Source: Octopus bimaculoides (lineage: Eukaryota). From it: DNA of 32,831 nucleotides. The position numbers and the translations under genes are program-made. This document shows positions 1-10,322 of this stretch, piece after piece. Location of the stretch: assembly GCF_001194135.2 (NCBI RefSeq), contig NC_068995.1, positions 29,517,643 through 29,550,473 of the forward strand, in the 5' to 3' direction. Within the stretch, counting starts at the first letter, position 1, and each line of letters begins with the position of its first letter. The notes below the pieces were generated by a model. It was not told the origin of the DNA, ran no database searches, and saw nothing but the letters and a program-made list of their open reading frames with translations.

Positions 1-580
1 TATATACATATATATATATATATATGAATGCATGCATGTATGTATGTATGTATGTATCTATCTATGTACTTGAATAGTTATGCATGAATGCAAGTATGAA
101 TTAGTATGAATGTATATATGTAAAATATTCACCGGTATCGTCTCCAACGTAGATATTATGTAAAACTTACGTATTTTCATCTCGCACTCCTTCCTTCCTT
201 CCTTCTTTTCCCAAAGTTACTCGCATTTACAATTTCGTTTCTTTTCCCTTTTTTTTTTTTTCTTTTTCCATTCTGTCTTTAGAGAAACTCTGAGTAGCGA
301 TTCATACTGATTTAATTTTAAATCAATATCCATTCATCGCTAGCTTCGAGAAATATTTCGTTGAATTGCAATTCACATTAATGTAAACCCACAATAATTC
401 TTTTGTGCGTGCGCGTATGGTATAGGAATATATTGTATTTCACCGCTTGTAACAAGGAAAGAAGTACTCAATACGTAGTCTAAAGTTAATTATGATAAAT
501 GCATTAAGGCTTTCACCGTTGTTTATTTTGATTTACACTTTGCCCTATATTTCAATATTACGCTTCTAAAAAAAAATTCT

Positions 581-649
581 TATATATATATATATATATA
601 CTATATATATATATACATATACGTATGTCTAAATACACGTGTGTGTGTA

Positions 650-701
<52 letters not shown>

Positions 702-703
702 TG
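581..703. repeat. (TA)n and (GT)n microsatellites
   Basis: Direct. Other di- and tetranucleotide tracts: 1-60, 1928-1970 (GT), 2228-2285 (GA), 24703-24742 (TA/GA), 25203-25272 (CATA), 30173-30222 (CA), 30446-30494 (GA). Confidence 0.95.
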
Positions 704-739
704 CATTTGTATATACATAATTCACACATAGACATATAC

Positions 740-1920
740 ATGTGTTGAGTCAAACTTTTTGCAGTATTTTAGTAACTTATTTGCTTTATTCGTCAAGTTA
801 CAGCAAAATCACCCTACCATTCAATGTAGGGGCCATTGTGTTGCACGGTCTAAGGCCACCTTTCTGCTAGTTCATTAATCCCATGCTGATAACAGTTCTT
901 GTCCTTAGAAGCGAAGAAATCCTTCACTGAAGCTTCTACCTCCATTTTGTTTATGAAGGGTCGCGGGCGCAGAAAGCGAACCATGGATCGGAACAAGTAA
1001 TAATCCGATGGAGATATTTTTCGGCAATCCTAACGTGCATAAGCAGTAGTTAAGCAGGGCCCTACTTCTGGAACATGTCGCCAAACATGGGCGTTTCGAA
1101 CACAAGGTGATGGTCTATGTCTGATGGAATTATAAGGGGATAATTCACTGCAGGTTCGTTCTGGGCGATCGAACCATCGATGCAAACATGTACTCCAAAA
1201 AGCTGGAGCAGATGTACGCCATTGTGCGGGGAAAATGCCTGGCATTGGTTAACACAAGGCGACCTCTTCTGCAGCAAGACAACGCAAGATCTCATACCAT
1301 TTGAGTGAGTCGGAATAAACTTCAGAAACGTGAGGGAATTGAACTGATTCCACACCCAGCATATAGTCCGGACTTAGCCCTCTAGAATTATTACTTGTTT
1401 CGATCCATGGCTGGCTTCCTGCGCTCGCGATACTTCATCAACCAAGAGGATGTGACAGCTTCAGTGAAGGAGTTCTTCACCTCGAAAGACAAGAACTAGT
1501 ATCAGAATGGGACCAAAGAACTGGCAAAATGGTGGCTTCAGGTGGTGCAACACGATGGCCTCTACTTTGAATGCTATGCTGCCTTTATTGGAACTCGATG
1601 AATAAAGCAAAAAGTTACGAAAATATTCTTTTCTACCCTAGTCACAAAGCTCGAAATTTTGTGAGAGGGGGCCAGTCGATTAGATCGACCCCAATATGCA
1701 ACTGGTACTTAATTTATCGACCCTGAAAGGATGAAAGCAAAGTCGAGTTCAAATTCCGCCGAGGTCGACTTTGTCTTTCATCCTTTCGGGATTGATAAAT
1801 TAAGTACCAGTTGCGTACTGGGGTCGATCTAATCGACTGGTCCCCTTCCCTAAAATTTCGGACCTTGTGCCTGGAGTAGAAAAGTTACGAAAATATTGCA
1901 AAACTTTTGACTCTACACAA
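740..1920. mobile_element. Dead mariner composite: minus-strand 3' end (740-~1015) fused to plus-strand C-terminal half (~1010-1920)
   Basis: Plus strand reads KVMVYV*WNYKGIIH...QQDNARSH...HPAYSPDLAL*NYYLFRSM. The reverse complement of 740-1015 reads SPSDYYLFRSMVRFLR...SVKDFFASKDK. TIR-like ends ATGTGTTGAGTCAAAC (740) and AAACTTTTGACTCTACACAA|TA (1920). Confidence 0.85.
1628..1884. mobile_element. Palindromic insertion of two SINE 3' halves (tails outward) with TSD
   Basis: CTTTTCTAC...CCAGTCGATTAGATCGACCCC...GTACTTAATTTATCG mirrors CGGGATTGATAAATTAAGTAC...GGGGTCGATCTAATCGACTGG...GTAGAAAAG. Flanked by TTACGAAAATATT at 1615-1627 and 1885-1897. Confidence 0.85.
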
Positions 1921-1925
1921 TACAT

Positions 1926-1974
<49 letters not shown>

Positions 1975-3567
1975 CTTTTATACGTAACAGTTTGGCAGTC
2001 ACTTCGAAGTTTCGGCTTGCTCGCCTTCATCAGACTGCTTGACGAAGGCAAGGGAGCTGAAACTTCAAAGTCGCAATTAGCCATTTATTTTTAAGTGTTA
2101 GTTAACATGCAATCTACTAAATAAGTATTTTGTAATCCTTCAGTTTAATGTTAAATTGTTTTTGCACATAACTTTACATAAAAACAAACAATATGTGTGT
2201 GTGCGCGTGCGTGTGTGGTGTGTGTGTAGAGAGAAAGAGAGAAAGAGACAGAGAGACAGAGAAAGAGAGAGACAGAGAGAGAGAGCCAACAATCAAACAT
2301 AGTGTGAGCTTACTCAATGCTAACTAAACGTAGTCCATAATTGTTGAGTAGACTCTGTAGTATGGTGCTGTCATGTACAGTACATGTCCCTACAGGAAGG
2401 AAGATCAAGTTAATACAGTATCATATAATTACAGCTCATGCATTCCAGTACAAAACCCTTCTTTGTTTTTTAGAAGAGAATTTTGACACCAGTTAAAAGT
2501 GGTGGTAGATAGCTGTATATCTTCATCTAACTGCTTTCACTTACGTTTCGGCCATTGCTTGGGAGAAACCATTTCTGTCAGCCAGTCACACCTCAGGACA
2601 CTACATGACAACATTTTGCTCAGGTATCCGCGAAGTGTAATTAATCTGTATGAACAAAACATTTACAATCTCTCAATTACAAGAAAAAGAAAAAAAAAAT
2701 CTTTTCTCTTTCAACAGCAAAAAGATACTTTTTTCTGTTTGAAACTTTCCTCAGATCAAACTAACACCTCATCTTCGATTTTACGTTATTGATTCTTCCC
2801 GACGCCGACTTCCGGAAGTCTTTTTGAATTTTGTATTTGATTATATTCCATTTTTTCCATTTGTTTGGTATATCTTTTCCATGAATATCCTCACTGGGAT
2901 AACATCCAGACCAATATAGTTTTCACCTCGTTAGTGCAGTGTGGAATAATAACAAGAGCAGTACAATACTTAGTGTCAGCACGTTAGTAAAATCACAATC
3001 GTGTGTCCACATTAATACAGTATGCACATCAGTACAAAATCCATATCTGTACAGTAGAGATAGATATTAGTGCAATTATCATAAATTAGTGCAACACCCA
3101 CGTAAATATGTTATTAAAAGTAGTGCAAAATCAAAATTGGATTAAATTTCGTATCTGCTTCAGTTATGTTCACCTCATAAGAGCAGAATACTCCCATCGT
3201 CACATTCAACAAGAATAAAATAATGATATCAGAGCTGTAGCCATGTTAGTACAGAGCTCACATCAGTACAGTGACCATGTTATTGCATTCAGTCAAATAT
3301 TATAGTCATACGTTAATGCTGTAACAAAGTGATTTCACAACATACAATATCACTGAAACTATATTAGTACTGTAGTCATAACAAGTACCATATTATTATT
3401 AATAAAAATGTTTTCATATCAGCGCAGCAGCTACAACAATATTCGGTACGATACCCACAGCTGTGCAGTAACAATATTAGTGTATCAATATTGATATACA
3501 TAATAATAGGCAATTACCATGTATTTATGTTACACTAAAATCATTGAGCTAGTATTGCATTTATATT

Positions 3568-3852
3568 GATTTCAAATTTTGGCACAAGACCAGCAATTTC
3601 ACGGTCGGGGTTAACTCTACTACATCCACATACACGCACGTACTTAACGTAGTTCTCAAGTAGATTCAGCGTGACACACCGAATATGACCAGGCTGGCTC
3701 ACTGAACTACAGGTACAACTCATTTCTGCCGGTTGAGTGGAATGGAACAATGAGAAATATAGTGCCTTGAGCAAGGACACAATACGTCACCTGGAATCGA
3801 ACTCACGACCTTCCGATTGTAAGTCAAATACACTAATCGCTAAGCCACACGC
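3568..3852 (-). mobile_element. tRNA-derived SINE (second family)
   Basis: Reverse complement has A-box-like TGGCTTAGCGATT, B box GAGTTCGATTCC, a GTGTCCTTGCTCAAGGCACT central motif, and 3' end GCTGGTCTTGTGCCAAAATTTGAAATC shared with the 8314 SINE. Confidence 0.75.
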
Positions 3853-4204
3853 TTTCACATTTCAAATTAAAAGATTTTGTGTGTGAGCAAGCTATAAAAT
3901 GAAATATAATACACTAAATGGGCTGTTTATACATCGAAAATGATTCACTTGTTTATTTCACCGGGAGCTGTAAAATATTTATGTGATACAATTCACTGTA
4001 TAAGTTACAAGTAACGATATTTGTAGCCAAAGTAATTTTCAAATACTTTTATGCATTTCTTCACTTACAAATGCCATGTTTTCAACAAAATTTATATTGA
4101 AATCTCTTTTCCGACAATTTCATACCAACATGAGATAGTTTCAACTAATCTTAATTAAAAGCAACCCCTCTATCTATGACAAGTTAAATTGAAACTGTGT
4201 AAAT

Positions 4205-4409
4205 CAGTGGTTCTCGGCAATATTTTATCTAGGGATCCCTTTGATTCCTATTATATTCGCTGAATTAAATATTATTAAGAATTGCACGAAAAAATGTTAA
4301 AATAGTTTGTATATTGTAGAAGTATAACCAATTTACTGCACATAAATTTTAACAACTAAATCTTCTATGGACCTTCAAGGCTCATATGGGCCCTGGTTGA
4401 GATCCAGTG
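4205..4409. mobile_element. hAT (Charlie-like) MITE
   Basis: Ends CAGTGGTTCTC ... GTTGAGATCCAGTG form a degenerate TIR. 8-bp flanks GTGTAAAT / ATGTAAAC (6/8 match) fit the NTNTANAN Charlie target pattern. Confidence 0.55.
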
Positions 4410-5754
4410 ATGTAAACAATGACAAATGCTCTCTAGAAGATAATTAAAAAGCCAAAGAATTGGTACAATGGGCTATTGATAACACTGACTGCTGATCGAA
4501 ATCATATATCAGATTAACCGTTAGATATTTTAAACTTTGGTTTATCAACACGCATATATGATTCAAAACCGGAATAAAGGCGACACTTCGCTTTGGACAT
4601 ATATTTGGAGCATGAAATCTAATCATTCATTTTCTGATATAAAATAGAGAATACTTTGTTTTGCAAAACTTTTCACCAACATTTAAAAAAAAGTGACTGT
4701 TATATAATCAGTCATATTATGTAACATCTGTTAACTTAGCCTTCACTGGCAATCAGTTTCATCCTGCAGATATAGAATGTTCAGAACAATGACTACTTTA
4801 AATCAATTTCCTATCAAAATAGGGAAAGATCCACGATGTCGGAAACCTTGTAACAGTTTACTCTTTCCGTTTCTTTGAGTTCTCTCAGTTCTGAACTTAT
4901 CTCAACTTCTTACTTTTTGCTTTTGTCCATATGTGTGTGTGTGTGCGCGCATGTGTGGGTGTGTATATAGGATTTTATTTTATGAATAACAAAAGGTAAA
5001 CGTACCAAGAGAACCTTCTAAATTTGTCCGACTTAGAAATATATTCTATACAATTTTAGTGATAAGTAACAATACATATTCACTTTAACTTCATCGTTAA
5101 AGTAACTAAAAATACATAGCATTTCTCTATGTATGACCTACACGAAACTTTAAACAAAGGTAATTAATGTATGTTTAGATATATTTCAAAACCTATCAAA
5201 TTTACCCTGTCTATTAATATCCTAATTAAGTTAGAACTTTCTAAAATTAATCATCATATGCTTCCTCCTCTTTAACTCAAGCATTTTCTCTTCTCACTTG
5301 ACCAAAGATTACATGTATGCAATATGTAAATATTTCATTTTTTTTTTCTCATATAATTAGGAAAACCGACCATGTGAAACTTCGAAATCAGTGTTATCTT
5401 TTATCAGCCAAATTAAACATTCAACTCTAATTAGCCTGGTGATTTCGTTCTTCGTGTCATATTTTTCTATGAAACATAAACATAGGTATGTATATTTTAT
5501 ACTTGTGTATGTATGTGTATCCACATGCATGTGCGAATTTTCGAGTTCTAATACATATTTGAAATATGTGTTATTAGAATATGGAACCATTACGTAAATG
5601 ATAAATGGTGTTTCATAAAGGCGACCATCGACTACATTGATAATTGCTGGCATATGTAAATGATTTGAAATTTTATTTACACGCGCGCGCACTCGCACCC
5701 ATACGCACACACACACACGCACACACAGTTACACACGCATACATAGGTATGTAT

Positions 5755-6005
5755 GTGTTAGGATGTAGCACACATGATCACGAATCGCGAGAGCATGGGT
5801 TCGATTCCCAGGCCGAGTGGTGCATTGTGTTCTTAAACGCTCCATCTCGTTGTTCTGTCACCACTTCGACATCTGAAGTGTGGCACATCGTGTATCTTGT
5901 ACAGGCAATTAGATAGAGGAAGTGAACTTATGTGCCGCACAAACACTTGATCACAATAAACAAATCATCTGAGAAAGTCGTTCAGCAAGAAATTGCAGAA
6001 CAGCC
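5755..6005 (+). mobile_element. Degenerate tRNA-derived SINE
   Basis: B box GGTTCGATTCCC at about 5798, followed by a TTGTGTTCTT central motif. Boundaries approximate. Confidence 0.5.
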
Positions 6006-6146
6006 TTTGTTTTTGTCGGATTGAGAAACGTCCATCACATTACACACACACACACACACGCATACACAGATACACACACATGTATATGTATAATATATGC
6101 ATACATACATATACATGCATATGTATATGCATATCTGTAATATATA

Positions 6147-6559
6147 CAGGGTGGGCCAAAATTAGTACCCCAATTTTATGTGTCCCAATTATATGTGTCT
6201 ATTAGTTCTGTAGCTTCTTGATGCATGCTGTTATTATTTCTATATGTCATCGATTATTCGATGTGTCGAATTTTGTGAGATAATACTGGTCGAAGCCAAA
6301 GATTCCAGATTTTTTGATCAACTCATTTTCTCTTGTCATTTGGGCGTCGATATCGTCTTCAGGAATTTGTGCATTCCATATTCTACGAGAGACGATGAAT
6401 GGTGATCGTTACTTGGCGTTGTGTATAAACATCATCTGGCCATGTTTTTGATACCGTCATTCGAAAATCTTTGTGCAAGATGGAGCATCTCCTCATTATG
6501 ATCATTTTTTCTCATTTTCATTACATTTCAAGTCGGGGCAGTAATTTTGGCCCACCCTG
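6147..6559 (+). mobile_element. Internally deleted Tc1/mariner-superfamily element (CAGGGTG-type TIR)
   Basis: TA|CAGGGTGGGCCAAAATTA ... TAATTTTGGCCCACCCTG|TA. Internal transposase remnant TMNGDRYL...FVQDGASPHY. Confidence 0.85.
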
Positions 6560-6904
6560 TATATGTGTGTGTGTGCGCGCGTGTGTATAAAGTTCCACAT
6601 AAATATATACTTGTTTCATAAATAATAAGCATTTCCTTTTTTTTTTATTTTGCTTGCGGTCCTTCCTTGCGGAGATGTATCTCTAGATGGGGGGGGGGGT
6701 ATGTAAGGACTAGTAACAAGCACTTATTAATTAGTCATAAAATATATACGAAAGATGTTGTTGCTGTCACTGCTACTACTGCAGCTGCTACGGCTGATAT
6801 TTCTACTGGTGAAGTATTCGCTCTTACGCATAAACCTTTAATGAATGAACAATTGAGTAACGCTCTTGAAATGGTGCGAGTTATGAAACCAACGATGTCT
6901 TCAA

Positions 6905-8190
6905 TAATAATAATTTCTGGCTTTGGCACAAGGCCACACATTTTAAGGGAAGCTTATAGTTTATAGATGATCGGATGAACCCAACACACAAGACTTGTAC
7001 GAGGGTCGGCTGAAAAGTTCATAGGCTGACCAAGATACACTTATGGAATGTAATCAAGTGCGGTTTATATTTCAACATAGTCCTCCTTGCGGTCAACACA
7101 CTTCTTTCGGTGTTGCAGTACGTGGATCCCATTGATGAAAAAGCTTTCATCTTGTTGGTCAAAACAACAGATATGAAACTACAATACTGGTTCCCAGCGA
7201 AGTGCTTTTTCATGTTGGGGAAGAGAGGGACCTTATCAGAATAGGGATGGTGATCAACCAGTTCACAGCCACAGTCACGCACAGCAACCATTGAAGCTAA
7301 GGACTTGTGCGCTGGAGCAGTGCCCTGATGAAACAAGACCCCTTTCGTTTGTTTTTGTGGACGTTTATTCTTGTTTCTTAACTGCCTCAGTAAGTTGACG
7401 TAGTACTCTCCATTGATGACGTGACCCTTTTGACGATAATCAATAAACACATGCCATTTGCACCCCAAAACCTGAGCCATCACTTTCCCTGCAGATGGAG
7501 TAGGTGAGGAAGGGTGTTTCCACTCTATGGAAAATCTCTTTATCTTTGGCTCAAAATGATGAAGCAAAAACTTCTGTCATGTCAAGTTCAATGTGTAGGA
7601 TATTCTCAACTCTCTCACAGGATATACTAATAGCATTGGCTTTTTGATTTATAGTCAATCGCTTGTTATTCATCACCATGTAGTGAATACGATTAATGAT
7701 TTCTTCGGTGGTGGCAGTTGCAGGACGTCCAGACTGTGGCTGATCTTTTAGACTCTACCTTTTTCTCCTCAATTCAGCTGTTTACTTTTGCACTGTTGAT
7801 AACGCTAGAGCGTCACCTCTTAATGTAGCAACCATATCAGCATGAAAGTAGTTGAGGGATAAATTCTTTTTCGGCAGGTATTTGATGAGACGACGATGCC
7901 AAATTTTGTCCACTTTCAAGAGAAGTCGTTATTAGTTACTTGTGAAGTCTTCTTTGAACAGTCAGATGTCAGTTTACTTGGAATGAAACAATGAAGTCAT
8001 TAATAAGGGAAGTTAATGCATGCGAGATTTCACAGCTCTAGCATCACTCCTTCAGAGTTAGCCTATGAACCTTTCATCTAACCCTCGTACTTATTTTATC
8101 AACTCAGGCTGAAAAGGAAAATTGACATTGGAGGGATTTGAGCTCTGAATTTGAAAGCAACATTTTACCACATCTGTTATGTACCTACTA
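6905..8190 (-). mobile_element. Old SINE split by the 7000-8087 mariner (pieces about 6905-6999 and 8088-8190)
   Basis: The left piece has the TGGCACAAGGCC tail. The right piece resumes TACTTATTTTATC...GGATTTGAGCTCTGAA, the continuation seen in intact copies (GGTACTTATTTTATC). Confidence 0.65.
7000..8087 (-). mobile_element. Dead mariner, irritans-like (Himar1/Hsmar2-type)
   Basis: TA|CGAGGGTCGGCTGAAAAGTTCATAGGCT ... AGCCTATGAACCTTTCATCTAACCCTCG|TA. Minus ORF contains WKHPSSP..SAGKVMA..FIDY.QKG..INGEYY..LL and VLFHQGTAPAH (second catalytic D changed to G). YSPDLAP is deleted. Confidence 0.9.
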
Positions 8191-8198
8191 ACTAATCT

Positions 8199-8228
8199 TT
8201 AATAATAATAATAATAATAATAATAATG

Positions 8229-8301
<73 letters not shown>

Positions 8302-8313
8302 TAATAATAATAA
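8199..8313. repeat. (TAA)n microsatellite
   Basis: Direct. Similar AAT/ATT tracts occur at 8522-8582, 9095-9170, 9519-9677, 11560-11710, 16712-16832, 20167-20265, 21188-21277 and 24325-24460. Confidence 0.95.
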
Positions 8314-8521
8314 TTACAAATTTTGACACAAGGCCAGCAATTTTGGGGGAGGGGTAAGTCGATTGCATCGATCCCAGTGCTCAACTGGTACTTATTTTAT
8401 CAACCCTGTAAGGATGAAATGGAAAGTCAACGTCAGCAGAATTCAAACTCAGAACATAAGATGGATGGAATGTCGCTAAGCATTTCGCCCAGTTTGCTAA
8501 CAATTCTAACAGCTCACCGCC
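8314..8521 (-). mobile_element. tRNA-derived SINE, main family (Nin-like central domain)
   Basis: Reverse complement begins GGCGGTGAGCTG, has B box GAGTTTGAATTC and a CTTTCCATTTCATCCTT...GATAAAATAAGTACCAG core, and ends GGCCTTGTGTCAAAATTTGTA(ATT)n. Confidence 0.85.
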
Positions 8522-8554
<33 letters not shown>

Positions 8555-8581
8555 TATTATTATTATTATTATTATTATTAT

Positions 8582-8858
8582 TGTAACGAAGTTTGTGGTC
8601 AATGAGGAGAGTAGGCGTGATACCATTAGTAATTGGTGCACTTGGAAATATCAACACTCAACGACCAACAAGGCCAAAAAGGATTGCTGAAAGTGTGAAG
8701 GTAGAACACCTACAAAAATAATATTGCTTGGAACTGCAAGAATTCTTCGCAGGGTTCTTGAAGCATGACCTGTAAACAAGTGTCACCTTAGTCTGCTGGC
8801 TGCGGACAGTTGATACTTTCCATCATAACCAGCAAAATAAGCTGTGAGTTTTCATCAA
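8582..8858 (+). mobile_element. 3' fragment of an R4/Dong-like LINE (restriction-like endonuclease C-terminus + 3' UTR)
   Basis: Reads SLWSMRRVGVIPLVIGALGNI...HLQKIILLGTARILRRVLEA*, followed by a short UTR and (TAA)n. Confidence 0.75.
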
Positions 8859-8875
8859 ATAATAATAATAATAAT

Positions 8876-9089
8876 TCTTTCTACTGGAAGCACAAGCCTC
8901 AAATTTGGGGGAAGGGATTAAGTCGGTAACATCGACTCTACTAGGGAGTAACTGGTACTTATTTAATCGACCCCGAAAGGATGAAAGGCAAAGTCGACCT
9001 CGACGGAATTTGAACTCGGAACGTGGCGGCAGACGAAATAGCGCTAAGCATTTCACCCGGTATGCTAACGATTCTTCCAGCTCGCCGCC
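8876..9089 (-). mobile_element. tRNA-derived SINE, main family, near full length
   Basis: Reverse complement: GGCGGCGAGCTGGAAGAATCGTTAGCA...GAGTTCAAATTCC GTCGAGGTCGACTTTGCCTTTCATCCTTTCGGGGTCG... ending GTAGAAAG(AATT)(ATT)n. Confidence 0.88.
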
Positions 9090-9122
9090 TTTATAATAAT
9101 AACAACAACAACAATAATAATA

Positions 9123-9172
<50 letters not shown>

Positions 9173-9300
9173 CCTTTCTGTTATAGGAATAAGGCTTGAA
9201 ATATCCGTCAAATAAGTCGATTACATCAATCCTAGTGCATAACTGGTACTTATTCCATCGACCCCGAAGGAATGAAAGATAAAGGTCGACCTTAGCGGAA
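9173..9300 (-). mobile_element. 5'-truncated SINE, main family
   Basis: Contains AACTGGTACTTATTCCATCGACCCCGAAGGAATGAAAG...GTCGACCTTAGCGGAA. Confidence 0.75.
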
Positions 9301-9315
9301 AATAATAATAATAAT

Positions 9316-9516
9316 TCCCGCTATCGGGGATTCTATTTATTTATTTATTATTTCTTTCTTTAATTTCTATTATATACCCTCTGTTTTATCCTTTAATGTG
9401 ATAGTATCTCTCTTTTATCAATGTGAACACTACCTGTTTTTGTATTTTATTTTTTTGCGTGTGCTGTAACTCGTCTTTCGATATTATCTTGGGCCCCTTG
9501 TGGCCAATAAAAGAAA

Positions 9517-9518
<2 letters not shown>
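9316..9518 (+). mobile_element. Probable 3' UTR fragment of an L1/Tx1-like LINE
   Basis: T-rich tract ending CCCTTGTGGCCAATAAAAGAAATC(ATT)n, resembling the end of the 12260-16712 element. No coding sequence, so the assignment is indirect. Confidence 0.45.
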
Positions 9519-9571
<53 letters not shown>

Positions 9572-9645
9572 CATTATTATTATTATTATTTTTATTATTT
9601 TCATTATTATTATTATTATTATTATTATCATCATCATCATCATCA

Positions 9646-9679
<34 letters not shown>

Positions 9680-9771
9680 GAAGCATTAGTTTTACTGCGT
9701 GTTATGTGAGGAATAACTTGAAGCTCTTGAAATTCTTGAAATGTGAGAAAATTATGATGATAGCCGAGGAC

Positions 9772-9837
9772 AAGAAGCGTAAATGCTACACATGCATAAG
9801 AATGCATAAGAAGCACAAATGCTACACATGCATAAGA
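9772..9837. repeat. 36-bp tandem duplication
   Basis: AAGAAGC..AAATGCTACACATGCATAAGA occurs at 9772 and 9808. Confidence 0.8.
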
Positions 9838-10264
9838 TCTTACTGTTCCATGCGAAAGAAAAGAAAGGTAGTGGATATGTCTTGCTAATTATCAACACCT
9901 CGACCACAGCTAAAACAAAATACACAGAAGCAATAACAACAGCAATAACAGTCGAAGAAAAAGCAGAGGTCACAACAACGACAACTTTCCAAGGAGATCA
10001 AGTTGAAGTGCCATCCTAAACAAAGCAACATTCGTGCAAACATAGATATATAAGAACACGCTCGGCAATACAGTCATGAGATTCAGCAAATGAAAATAAG
10101 GATGATATGGAAGAATTAGAGAAAGGACAGAAAATAGAGATATCGCCAAGGTTGAAGAGTTATACATCCGCGGTCTGAACACCTAGCAGGCTGAAATTTC
10201 ACTAAAATAAAAGAGCGTGGCAAAACAAATGAATCAGCCGCCTCGTCAACAATTTCATCAAAAA

Positions 10265-10322
10265 TATCCACAACATCAACAGTATCAACAATATCAACAG
10301 TATCCACAGTATCAACAGTATG
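10265..10322. repeat. 9-bp tandem repeat (TATCAACAG)n
   Basis: About six degenerate units, read directly. Confidence 0.8.

Noticed and set aside
7019-7567. Active or domesticated transposase (SETMAR-like)
   Set aside because: The catalytic Asp is lost, YSPDLAP is deleted, the N-terminus is frameshifted, and no SET domain is present.
9200-9216. AAATATCCGTCAAAT shared between a main-family SINE and the hammerhead element tail
   Set aside because: A single short AT-rich match is too weak to claim a chimera.
9772-9837. KCYTC..H repeat as a host zinc-finger exon
   Set aside because: Incomplete ligand set, no splice signals, and located at the start of a LINE remnant. More likely a decayed ORF1 knuckle.
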